DNA of 64,000 bases from Eledone cirrhosa. Taxonomy: Eukaryota. The stretch covers positions 375,658,001 through 375,722,000 of the forward strand of contig OZ024741.1 of the NCBI GenBank assembly GCA_964016885.1. Direction: 5' to 3'. Shown piece after piece: positions 40,222-52,800 of this stretch. Below the pieces are notes generated by a model, which was not told where the DNA came from, did no database searches, and saw only the letters and a list, made by a program, of their open reading frames with translations. The translations under genes were made by a program, and so were the position numbers. Numbering within the stretch: position 1 is the first letter of the stretch; each line of letters begins with the position of its first letter.

Positions 40222-40495
40222 TCATCATCATGTGCCAGGTTTGTTCCAGACATCGACGATCCAGGCCCTCCAGTCCGTCCTGTTGTTAGTGTTCCATATG
40301 AGGTTGCTCTTTCTCTCCCTACTTATGCTGCCATATTTGTTCAGGCTGTCTGTAAATGTCTTCCTTGTCACCTCTTTCCAGCGATCTTGCCATAAAGAAT
40401 CAGCTTCTCCAAACTTTCTCTTCTGTTTATGTGACCAAAGAATTCCAATTGCCTCTTTCTAATAGTACAGACAAGAGATCTTTCCAGGCCTGCAA
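40222..40495 (-). mobile_element. LINE 3' fragment (RTE-like)
   Basis: The minus strand reads ..RKRQLEFFGHINRR..., followed by a (GAT)n tail. Confidence 0.6.
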
Positions 40496-41606
40496 TATGT
40501 ATAAGGAGACCAATTGGCACTTCTAAGTCATTAGAGCATCAGTTAAATGCCTTGTGGCATTTATTCTGGATCACTGTACTCTCAGTTCAAATCCTACTGA
40601 GATCAATTTTTTGGGGGTTGATAAATAAATACTGACCTGGAGGAGATGGGCTCTGACAGGTTTAAAAAAAAAAAATTGCCCCAAAATGGTGTATATCAAT
40701 ACAGTGCCCCTAAGACTCCCCCAGGAGTTATGGAAAATAAATAAATAAAGTACCAGTGGAAGGTGGTAGATTGGCAAAATTGTTAGAGTATTGAACAGGA
40801 TGGTTTGTGGTATCTGTTCTGGCTTTGGGTGTTCTGAGTTCACATTCCACTTCTAGTCACCAGAAAAATGGTGACAGAATAAACCTAAGACCCCTCATAT
40901 CCAAACAAATGAGAAACCTTCAATGAGACACAACTTCATAGGAGGCTGGCTAAACATATGCAGGAAGGAGTGGAGCTTAAAGCAACATCAACAACAACAA
41001 CAACAATAAAAACGTATGAGATGTGACATGTCACAAGTACAGTGAATGAGAGAGTTTATGTGATGATGGGTCAGTGGGTTAGTTTATAGTTTTTATTGTT
41101 GTTTAACCCCCAAATAAGCCAGCCTTGTTCCAGCAGACATATGGTCAAACACTTTCCAAACATGGTCGTCCTGTTTTATTTTTCAGACATTGTATAGTTA
41201 GTACCACACTACCCAATGTACCCTACCTTCTTTTTATTACAGTAAGTTGTGAATTTCCAGGAGATTTTGCTGCTATTTCATGCTCAGCTAGAAGCTCACA
41301 GATGGCTAGTTTTAAAGAGCAGTTGACTTTAAAGTAGAGGTAAACAGTACAAGATTAGATTCAGCACTAGAATAGACAAGAAATCAAGTGATTTAAAATA
41401 TGAAAACATATTGAATGTCATAATATTGATTAATAGTTTTGAGCGAGAAACAGGATTGTCGATTACTCCCCTTTGTTTTTGCCGAGAATAGGAAAGTGAC
41501 ATAGTCTCTACTTTAAAATTCATAGCAAATGGTCTTCAAAATGTTTTTAATTAAACATACAGTATATTATCAAATATACTATACATACATTCATATATAT
41601 AAGTAT

Positions 41607-41780
41607 ATATTGTTACACTTTAGGAGGGTCATGCTGCCAATAAAAAACACACACCTGTTGGTTTTCACTTCAATTTATTATAAATTTTCTGTTGGTTGGT
41701 TCGATAACCGGATGGTTGTTTATATATTGTCAAAGCTCTTTCGTTACAGATTCTGTTACCCTCCCAAAGTATAACAATAT
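41607..41780 (-). mobile_element. pLTR-like element (family of 45650-45815) with 22-bp terminal inversion
   Basis: Ends ATATTGTTACACTTTAGGAGGG / CCCTCCCAAAGTATAACAATAT. The minus strand keeps GAAAGAGCTT-TGACAA, the hammerhead 3' half. Confidence 0.7.
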
Positions 41781-42014
41781 CTGTTTCAACACACATTTTC
41801 AGATAAGAAATCTTGCAAAACAAATTCAAAAACGAAGTATATATATATAAATATATATATGGTCTCAGGCTCGTAGAATGTGAGACCATATGTAAGAGAG
41901 ATGCAAACCCTCAGTTTGTCTGGGAGGTCTGTAGCCTCACTTCAGTACTAACTTGGTCTATGAAGATCTGGCCAACCCTTGCTAGCAGGGAAAGTGGATG
42001 TTAAATGATGATGT

Positions 42015-42057
<43 letters not shown>

Positions 42058-44375
42058 AATATATATATATATAAATATTTCAGGTATATACAATAATCGC
42101 TGGCATTACTGTGTTCAATACTCAATGCTATTCCATTACTCAAATACATGGTAATATCAGCAATGGTTACAATTCAGCTACCCAAGAACAGTAACAGTCT
42201 CTGATTGGTTTCCACATTTCCATCTACCAAATTTCAAGCACAAGGCTTTGGTCAACCTATGGTTATATAGTAGAAGACACACTTTCCCATTATGGTATTG
42301 AATCTGAAATCGCATAGCTGTGAAGTGAAGTCTTAAACCCAGTTGACTACACAAAAATATAGTGTCTGTGTGTAAGATTATACTACTATACAGATGACAC
42401 AGGCATTCAGATTAGACAACTGTCATGGTATATAATCCAAAAAGAGCAAGCAGATATTTAAGGCAAGATATACAAATGTTTAGAACAGGGTATACATTTA
42501 TTTTTAGAAAGGAATAAGAAGAACAAACCTATGGTTAAAGATATTCTGTGATTTGAGGGATGTTTGGTTGTTATTTCTAGCTGATTATGTAACTGTATAG
42601 AGAATCCTCTATACAGTTACATAATGCGTCTCCCTCTCTATGTTAGCATTTATCCTGCTAGAAATAGCAGCCAAATGTCCCTTAAGTATCATGCTCTACC
42701 ATCTTGAAAATGGAAAAATACATTAGACATGGCTGGTATGTTTTTTTTTTTTTTATTTATAGGGGTTGGTCAAGTGAAAAATAACAACTACAAGCAATTA
42801 CCCTCTGTTCACCTAACAGTTGGAATATATTATATAAAATCATCTGAGAAAGTTACCTGAGATAGAACAGCTTCCTGGTGGGTTAAATGGGGTGGTGAGG
42901 GATTTATCTGTTGTTGGCTTAATCACTATAGGATCTGGAGTCAACAGCTTATTGAAAACATAAGAAGAAATACATTTATTTAGAGAGAACACACCACATC
43001 ATCATTTTTGGGTCCTTCACACTTATACCCCACATTAACCACTTAAACCCTTCCTCCACAGTGAGTGATCTTTCTGGAATTCCATCCTCTATCGATGTTT
43101 TATTTTTACTGCAATCATCACATTCAAGACAAACAACAACCACATAAATCTAACTAATCTTGGAGAATCTAGCTGTCAATGATATGTACCAGATCACATG
43201 GAAATGTAACCCGACAAAAGGATTTACACCTTATCAAAGCGTGATATATTTTATATGCTTCATGTTAAGAAACTAGAACTGAATATCACTTAAAGGTATC
43301 CTAGACTCTTCTGGTTTAGGAGACAGCTGTCCAAATATTCTACAAATTGTCTACTTATAGATTGTCAGCTCCCACATTTCTGTAACTATCTGTCCAACTA
43401 TGCATTACAATTACTATGAGTAGTGTTTTAATATGGCCAGAAACCAAAGACGTAATTAGGGTATGGCAAGCATGACATGTACCATGTATGCCACTTTATG
43501 GGGGAGGGGTTGCCACTTAGACTAGGAGCACTTTATATTAAAGTCAGATAAGATATCATTGGAGAGTGAAAAAGAAACTTCTTCAGATATATGATCAGTC
43601 TTTGATTATCATTGTGGTTTGATCATTAAACCATTTATATGGTTATCTGAAATATGGGCGTCAGATGTATAGGCAGGGGTGCAATTTCACTGCTTGCCAT
43701 AGGCATTATTTTTCCTAGTTATGCCTCTGCCAGAACTATAGATGGTGAGTTAACAAAGTTGTAAGAACTTCAGAGAAAATGCTTCACAGTATTTTTTCTA
43801 GCTTTCTGTGCTCTGAGTTAAAGTCCTGAAATCAACTTAGCCTGCCATACTTTTGAGGCCCAGTTGATTCTTCCTCAATATCTGTTTCTCATTTTCTCTC
43901 TCTTACTTTCACTGGAAGAAATCAACTACGTTCATACATGAAGAGGGGTGGGCTCTACTTAGTTTAGACCTTATTTATTACTCAATCAGAAATGAAGGGT
44001 AAGTGGAATGGTCAGAACTACATTGGTTTTAACCAACTGGAAAATAAAACGATAACCTCTCACAATTTTAGTGTCCTCTTTATAACCAAACTACTTATAA
44101 ACTGTCTATTTTAGTGTTGTCATTACAGTCCCTTACACTAAGTTCTCTCCCTCTTAACAGTTTCCTTTGAAGCTTTTCACTCTCCAAACAGTTTGTACAC
44201 TATTACATCTACTAATTTAGTAACACCTTCATTGATCACCAAAGTGTTTACCTGTAAACTGTCTTCTTAGTCTTCTATATAATTGTCCTCAACTTTCTGA
44301 ACACATTGCAGCCCTCTAAAACATGTGTAATGATGAAAGGGATAGCAATAAGTCATAACTGTTAAACTCCTAAAC

Positions 44376-44684
44376 CAGGGGTGTGCAATAGGCGGCCCAC
44401 AGACCACAGTCTGGCCTGCCAGACCAGTCAGAGTGACCCACGATGACTGTTTTTAATTTTTACCGTGTAGACTTATTTTTGTAACCGTAATACAATTTTC
44501 TGTTAGTTGACCTATACTAAAGGGATTCACTGATAGGGTTATGTGTGTTATAATTTCCCAGTTTCATGTTATGGAAAGAAGTTGACGTGAATCTTTGGAA
44601 TAGTGTTCAATAAATATTAATCGCCCTAATAGTTGTTCCAATGTTAAAAAGTGGCCCGCCAATGGAATATGTTGCACACCCCTG
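44376..44684. mobile_element. hAT (Charlie-like) MITE
   Basis: TIRs CAGGGGTGTGCAA / TTGCACACCCCTG, subterminal GCGGCCCAC / GTGGCCCGC, and an 8-bp TSD tcctaaac / ccctaaac. Confidence 0.88.
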
Positions 44685-45649
44685 CCCTAAACGTACAAAA
44701 AAGTCTTAAATTTCAACTGTGAAATTTATTTTTTAGAAATTTAGATATCTTCTGTGGAAAAAGCAAATCAATAAAAGTATAAAAAATAATTTTTAACAAA
44801 TATTTGATTTGAAACAAGAAATAAACCAAAGAAATGTGACCTCAGACATCCTACACTGTACAGAAAATAATCTTTGAAGTTTCTAGTTGAATAAAACTAT
44901 AGTGAAATTATTAAACACTGATTTATTCATACTTGTGTTTTCACCTTGGTTGCTATTTTCTATTGTTACAATGTAACCCCTTTCCTTCTTCAGCTAGCCG
45001 ATGTATTTGATAATGTTGTCAGGGTTTCAATGTAAATGTTTTATTCAAATCATTGCAGTAGATTGAATAAAAAGTTTAATTCAAAATTCCAAGTATTTCA
45101 CCAAATATGACAAACTCATAAAGAAGGCCATAGGGTACCACAGTTGAAACATTGTGACAATAACATCCAAGATGAAGACATTAGAGTAGAGCATTGAGAG
45201 CTTGTAAAAAACGAACTGTTGACAGCATTCCTTTAGTGTGGACTTGTTATTGGACTGATCAGCAGAAAACAGACTTCCGGTGAGGCAGGTATCAAGACTT
45301 GAACTTCAGAGGTAGATCGTTCTTTCTTACGTTTTTCTATGTTTGTCATCCAATAAATAACAGTTCAACAAATCACAGTTTGTTGTTATTTCACATATAG
45401 TTTAATTAAAGCTATATTGGTTTATAATAATTAAAATTGTTAATCTTAGTAATTCTTACAAAACAGCAAGGAAAAATACACACATTAGTTATCAAGGCCA
45501 GCGAATTTTCACATCGGCTAACACTTCTAAACAAGATGACATATTGATACAAACACTAGAAAGAATTTAGTTAATGCTGAAGAATTTATATAACACAAAA
45601 ACAAGATGGTGTAGCACAGAACAAAAGAGAGACACTCAAAATAATATCC

Positions 45650-45696
45650 TTGTCACTGAGGAAGTAACAGAATGTGTGACGAAAGAGATTTGGTAA
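45650..45696 (+). ncRNA. Minimal type I hammerhead motif in a pLTR-like repeat (repeat extends to ~45815)
   Basis: TTGTCA-CTGAGGA(45656-45662)-agtaacagaatgtgtgac-GAAA(45681-45684)-GAGATT-TGGTAA. The paralog at 41607-41780 has GAGCTT-TGACAA, which pairs perfectly in stem I. AATAAA follows. Confidence 0.6.
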
Positions 45697-46214
45697 TATA
45701 TAAACAACCTTCCGGTTATCGAACCAACCAACCGGAAATTTACAATAAATTGAAGTGAAAACCAACACGTGCTTGTGTTTTTACTGGCAACACGACCCTC
45801 CCAAAGTATAACAATTTATATGAAATATTTGATATAATGAAAAACAGTTGCTGAGAACAAAATTCAGCTTAATGCAAGCACCACTGTTAATTAAAAGCTA
45901 TCAGTGCTATGATTATTTAAAACTTAAACCACCGACGGTCAAATGGGATTTATTTAAAAAAAAAAAAAATTACTAAGTAGTAACCAAGGCGGTATTCCTG
46001 ATTCAAGGGAAATAACTTTTTATTATATATTTGTAAGTTGTTTCCCTTACATTATCATTAACTTCCATTTTTCTTTCTTTGTTTAAAGTATTTTTTTTTA
46101 TAAACAAATAAACGTAATACGACTATTTCCTCTCTCACCACATAAAATGTTTGGCACAAAACCTCTAGCGACATAGCAAAACAACTTTAAACCAATGTGT
46201 GATGTATTTTTTCC

Positions 46215-46882
46215 AAAGAAGAAATTGTCAAGAGGGCTGAGGGTGTCTTAGCATCACTCAGCAAGACCTTTGTCAGCCACTCTCCAGCTATCTATTTAAG
46301 GCTGTACATGGCTATGGTGCGGCCACACTTAGAATTTGCATCACCAGTCTGGAACTCCTATCTTGCTCAGAACATTGACCGCCTCCAAACTGCTCAGAGA
46401 CGTGCAACCAAGCGAATACCCTTCATCAGGCATCTACCATAGCTCCGATGCCTGGCAACTGACTTGGTAAACACCCACAAAATTGTTAACCATCTTACCA
46501 ACAACAACCCTGAGTACCTTTTTGATTTCCATGAGTCTAACACACGTGGACATGCCCACAAAGTCAGAAATCAGCACAGTTCCCATGACTTTCGGAAACA
46601 TTTTTTCACGCTCAGAGTTGCTGAAGCATGGAACAAACTACCTGCATCAGTTGTTAGCTGTCGAGACACTGCATCCTTCAAAACCTCCATGCTTCCTGAG
46701 ATTCGCCAACACTACACCTAATGTTCCCCCTCCATACACATACACACATGTATATTATGACTCATACACTGTTCACTTCCCTGACATTTGTATATTATTC
46801 TATGTACTATACATGCACCTTTGACGAGGTGTAGTGCACCTGAGTACTTTACACAATACTTTCATTATTATTATTATTATTA
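46215..46882 (+). mobile_element. CR1/L2-type LINE 3' fragment
   Basis: LYMAMVRPHLEFASPVWN...IDRLQTAQRRATKRIP and HESNTRGHAHKV...RKHFFTLRVAEAWNKLP, with a (TAT)n tail. Confidence 0.9.
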
Positions 46883-49800
46883 TAAGAACAAGTATAATTT
46901 AAAACAAGTAAATCTTACAGAGGCAGAAATTTATAACCAATGCAGATATTTTCCTTGTAAGGTATATTTTCTGGAAAAGCAAACGATGAATTTTTTTTTT
47001 GGCGGGGGGTAGAAGTAAATATTTCATTAGACAATATTTTTCTTTTCTGTTTATTTTGAAGTAGATTATTCATTAAATCAGTAAGTATTCCCTCTGCCCG
47101 CTCATTTCTCCTGTTCAATATATCCACCAATTATTTAATTTTTTGTCGGTAAAGTCATAAACATTTGAAATAAAATCAATTCAATCTCATTGGTTGCCTT
47201 GTTTTTATTCTTTTTACTGTTGACTGACAGAATTGTTAGAAAACTGGACAAAATGCTTTGTGCTATTTGTTCAGGGTCTTTTATGTTCCCAGTTCAACCC
47301 TTTCACCTTCTCAGTGTCTATAAAATAAAGTGCCTACCAAGCTAAAACGTGTCTGCCTCAAACAGAAACTTACCAGACCAGTTCTTATCCTGGATTCATT
47401 GGCATTCAGTGAGTGAGAGTGAAAGATGTCACCCTAGATGAGATGCCAGTCCATCACAGAGTTAATGCGCAGCTACTGAGGGTATGTATGCAAAATGTAA
47501 ATGGAAACAACACAGGACGACGAAGAAATATATTAAATTAATGCTTGATATAGTAGGAAAAGAGTCTTTATGTTTCGGACACTTGTCTTTCATCATCAGT
47601 GGATAGAATGAGAAATAAAAGATGAAGTAGAAAGATAGGGAGTGAAAAGAAGAAGTACCGGAAAAATCTTTTTGAGAAAAGGCATGTGTGTATTCAGTCA
47701 GCCATTTTGATATTGCTAGTCTATATATACATTTCTGTGATTCTGTCACAACACAAAGAGAGAGAAGTAGTTTGACTACCTCTTACTACTCCTCTCTCTT
47801 TACGTATGCTGCCTGCATGAATGTATGTGTGTGTAAAAGGAAGGAATGGGATGGTGAAAAACTACACTTTGTGTGAGTGTATGTGCGTGTTTGTGTAAAT
47901 GTATGTGTGTGTGTTTGTGTGAATGTATGTGTGTGTTTGTATGAATGTATGTGTGTTTGTGTAAATGTATGTGTGTGTTTGTGTAAATGTATGTGTGTGT
48001 GTTTGTGTGAATGTATGTGTGTGTTCGTGTGAATGCATGTCTGTGAGTATGGACTGTGATGTGTGGTTAGAGCAAGAAGTGTTGAAAACTAAGTTTGTCA
48101 GTTTACAAATCTGTAAGTTGAAATTATTTTATTGGGAAAAATGGGGAAATAACTAGTAGAAAGGGGCACACATCGTAGGGTTGTTACTAAAAAAAAAGAC
48201 ACATTAAATAATGTAGTCTTAGATAACTCTAAAATGAAGGTATGGTCATTGCTGGAATGCTTTTGATCATAGTTTTTTTCTAAATGAGAATTAACCTAGG
48301 GTTAAATAACTACAAGGTCAGTGAACTGGTAGAGTCGTTAGAGTGTCATAGAGAATGCAATGTGGTATTCGTTTAGGCTCTATGCTTTCTAAGTTCAAAT
48401 CCTCCCAAGGTGAACTTTACTTTTCATCAATTTGAGGATGAAAAAAGAATCAGTCTCATACTGGGGTCAATTCTTCCCCTATAACTCTTTTTCATTTCCT
48501 CTCTCTCTCTTCTCTGTAAGTAATCTGCTGCATTTAGACCTGGAGAGGCATGGCCTCCACCAGGTTTAAACATGCCCTAGAAACGCTGTATGTCAATATG
48601 GCACCTTCTGCCACTCCAACAGGAGTTACAGTACCATGCACGCATGCAAATAACTGCAAGGTTGAAAGTATTTGGTTGTTATTTCTGTGTAGGTTTACTT
48701 TGTTACTTTGTTAACTCATGTGATTTGAGGGAATTTAGCTGCTATTACTTGTAAGTCAATTTACCATAGAGAAGATCCCATACTGATTCATCTGTGTCTA
48801 GAGTTTAGTGGCTGGGTGGATTAGAGTATTGATGTTACTAGAAATAGCAGCCAAACCTCTTTCAAATCACACTATACTGTCTTAAATAAAGACATGATCT
48901 TGTTGAGGATGTTGTTGTTATTGTCGATGAAGAGGATGTTGTTGTTAAAGAGGATGTTGTTAAGTAATATTCTACTGCTGTTTATATTGTTTGCTGCTCA
49001 TGTTGTTGATATTGTTTTTGTAATTAATGTTATTGTTGGTGTTGTTTTTGTTGTTGTTGATGTTATTATTGTTGGTGGTGATAGGAATAGTGAAATTGTT
49101 GTTGTTGTTGTTGTTGGTGATGGTGATGGTGATGGTGATAGTGAAGTTGTTGTTGTTGTTGTTGGTGTTGGTGGTGGTGATGGTGGTAGTGAAGTTGTTG
49201 TTGTTGTTGTTGTTGGTGGTGGTGATGGTGGTAGTGAAGTTGTTGTTGTTGTTGGTGGTGGTGATGGTGGTAGTGAAGTTGTTGTTGGTGATGGTGATAG
49301 TGAAGTTGTTGTTGTTGTTGTTGTTGTTATGTTGATGGTGATGGTGATAGTGAAGTTGTTATTGTTGTTGTTGGTGGTGATGGTGATGGTGATAGTGAAG
49401 TTGTTGGTGTTGTTGTTGTTGGTGATGGTGATAGTGAAGTTGTTATTGTTGTTGTTGTTGGTGATGGTGGTAGTGAAGTTGTTGTTGTTGTTGTTGTTGT
49501 TATGTTGATGGTGATGGTGATAGTGAAGTTGTTATTGTTGTTGTTGTTGTTGGTGGTGATGGTGATAGTGAAGTTGTTGGTGTTGTTATTGTTGATGGTG
49601 ATGGTGATAGTGAAGTTGTTGGTGTTGTTATTGTTGATGGTGATGGTGATAGTGAAGTTGTTGTTGTTGTTATTGTTGATGGTGATGGTGATAGTGAAGT
49701 TGTTGTTGTTGTTGTTGGTGGTGATGGTGATAGTGAAGTTGTTGTTGTTGTTGTTGATGGTGATGGTGATAGTGAAGTTGTTGTTGTTGTTATTGTTGAT

Positions 49801-52800
49801 GGTGATGGTGATAGTGAAGTTGTTGTTGTTGTTGTTGTTGATGGTGATGGTGATAGTGAAGTTGTTGGTGTTGTTGTTGATGGTGATGGTGATAGTGAAG
49901 TTGTTGGTGTTGTTATTGTTGATGGTGATGGTGATAGTGAAGTTGTTGGTGTTGTTGTTATTGTTGATGGTGATGGTGATAGTGAAGTTGTTGTTGTTGT
50001 TGTTGTTGATGGTGATGGTGATAGTGAAGTTGTTGTTGTTGTTGTTGGTGGTGGTGATGGTGATAGTGAAGTTGTTGTTGTTGTTATTGTTGATGGTGAT
50101 GGTGATAGTGAAGTTGTTGTTGTTGTTATTGTTGATGGTGATGGTGATAGTGAAGTTGTTGGTGTTGTTGTTATTGTTGATGGTGATGGTGATAGTGAAG
50201 TTGTTGTTGTTGTTGTTGTTGATGGTGATGGTGATAGTGAAGTTGTTGTTGTTGTTGTTGGTGGTGGTGATGGTGATAGTGAAGTTGTTGTTGTTGTTAT
50301 TGTTGATGGTGATGGTGATAGTGAAGTTGTTGTTGTTGTTATTGTTGATGGTGATGGTGATAGTGAAGTTGTTGGTGTTGTTATTGTTGATGGTGATGGT
50401 GATAGTGAAGTTGTTGATGGTGATGGTGATAGTGAAGTTGTTGGTGTTGTTATTGTTGATGGTGATGGTGATAGTGAAGTTGTTGATGGTGATGGTGATA
50501 GTGAAGTTGTTGTTGTTATTGTTGATGGTGATGGTGATGGTGATGGTGATAGAGAAGTTGTTGTTGTTATTGTTGATGGTGATGGTGAAGTTGTTGTTGT
50601 TGATGGTGATGGTGATGGTGAAGTTGTTGGTGTTGTTATTGTTGATGGTGATGGTGATTGTGAAGTTGTTATTGTTGTTATTGTTGATGGTGATGGTGAT
50701 AGTGAAGTTGTTGTTGTTGTTATTGTTGATGGTGATGGTGATAGTGAAGTTGTTATTTTTGTTATTGTTGATGGTGATGGTGAAGTTGTTGTTGTTGTTG
50801 ATGGTGATGGTGATAGTGAAGTTGTTGTTGTTGTTATTGTTGATGGTGCTGGTGGTGATGGTGGAAGTGAAGTTGTTGTTGTTGTTGTTGTTGTTGTTGG
50901 TGGTGATAGTGAAGTTGTTGTTGTTGTTGGTGGTGATGGTGATGGTGGTAGTGAAGTTGTTGTTGTTGTTGTTGTTGTTGTTGGTGGTGGTAGTGAAGTT
51001 GTTGTTGTTGTTGGTGGTGATGGTGATGGTGGTAGTGAAGTTGTTGTTGTTGTTGGTGGTGATGGTGATAGTGAAGTTGTTGTTGTTGTTGTTGGTGATG
51101 GTGATGGTGGTAGTGAAGTTGTTGTTGTTGTTGTTGGTGATGGTGATGGTGATGGTGAGAGTGAAGTTGTTGTTGTTGTTGTTGGTGATGGTGATGGTGG
51201 TAGTGAAGTTGTTATTGTTGTTGTTGTTGGTGATGGTGGTAGTGAAGTTGTTATTGTTGTTGGTGGTGATGGTGATAGTGAAGTTGTTGTTGTTGTTGTT
51301 GGTGAAGGTGATGGTGGTAGTGAAGTTGTTATTGTTGTTGTTGTTGGTGATGGTGGTAGTGAAGTTGTTGTTGTTGTTGTTGGTGATGGTGATGGTGATG
51401 GTGAGAGTGAAGTTGTTGTTGTTGTTGTTGTTGGTGATGGTGGTAGTGAAGTTGTTATTGTTGTTGTTGTTGTTGATGGTGATAGTGAAGTTGTTGTTGT
51501 TGTTGTTGTTGGTGGTGGTAGTGAAGTTGTTGTTGTTGTTGTTGTTGGTGATGGTGGTAGTGAAGTTGTTGTTGTTGTTGTTGGTGATGGTGATGGTGAT
51601 AGTGAAGTTGTTGTTGTTGTTATTGTTGATGGTGATGGTGGTAGTGAAGTTGTTGTTGTTGTTGTTGTTGTTGTTGGTGGTGATGGTGATAGTGAAGTTG
51701 TTGTTGTTGTTGGTGGTGATGGTGATAGTGAAGTTGTTGTTGTTGTTGTTGGTGATGGTGATGGTGGTAGTGAAGTTGTTGTTGTTGTTGTTGTTGTTGT
51801 TGTTGGTGATGGTGGTAGTGAAGTTGTTGTTGTTGTTGTTGTTGATGGTGATAGTGAAGTTGTTGTTGTTGTTATTGTTGATGGTGATGGTGGTAGTGAA
51901 GTTGTTGTTGTTGTTGTTGTTGTTGTTGGTGGTGATGGTGATAGTGAAGTTGTTGTTGTTGTTGGTGGTGATGGTGATAGTGAAGTTGTTGTTGTTGTTG
52001 TTGGTGATGGTGATGGTGGTAGTGAAGTTGTTGTTGTTGTTATTGTTGATGGTGATAGTGAAGTTGTTGTTGTTGTTATTGTTGATGGTGATGGTGGTAG
52101 TGAAGTTGTTGTTGTTGTTGTTGTTGTTGTTGGTGGTGATGGTGATAGTGAAGTTGTTGTTGTTGTTGGTGGTGATGGTGATAGTGAAGTTGTTGTTGTT
52201 GTTGTTGGTGATGGTGATGGTGGTAGTGAAGTTGTTGTTGTTGTTGGTGGTGATGGTGATAGTGAAGTTGTTGTTGTTGTTGTTGGTGATGGTGATGGTG
52301 GTAGTGAAGTTGTTATTGTTGTTGTTGTTGGTGATGGTGGTAGTGAAGTTGTTGTTGTTGTTGTTGGTGATGGTGATGGTGGTAGTGAAGTTGTTATTGT
52401 TGTTGGTGGTGATGGTGGTAGTGAAGTTGTTGTTGTTGTTGTTGGTGATGGTGGTAGTGAAGTTGTTGTTGTTGTTGTTGTTGGTGGTGGTAGTGAAGTT
52501 GTTGGTGTTGTTATTGTTGATGGTGATGGTGGTAGTGAAGTTGTTGTTGTTGTTGGTGGTGGTGATGGTAGTGAAGTTGTTGGTGTTGTTATTGTTGATG
52601 GTGATGGTGGTAGTGAAGTTGTTGTTGTTGTTGTTGTTGGTGGTGATAGTGAAGTTGTTGTTGTTGTTGTTGATGGTGATGGTGATAGTGAAGTTGTTGT
52701 TGTTGTTGTTATTGTTGATGGTGATGGTGATAGTGAAGTTGTTGTTGTTATTGTTGATGGTGATGGTGGTAGTGAAGTTGTTGTTGTTGTTGGTGGTGGT

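Noticed and set aside
42857-42947. Possible minus-strand exon (LLTPDPIVIKPTTDKSLTTPFNPPGSCSIS)
   Set aside because: It has an open frame with plausible AG/GT ends, but no recognisable domain or partner exons. RNA-seq would be needed.
45270-45370. Hammerhead-like ccggtgaggc...gaac followed by AATAAA
   Set aside because: Both core boxes are too degenerate and the stems could not be assigned with confidence.
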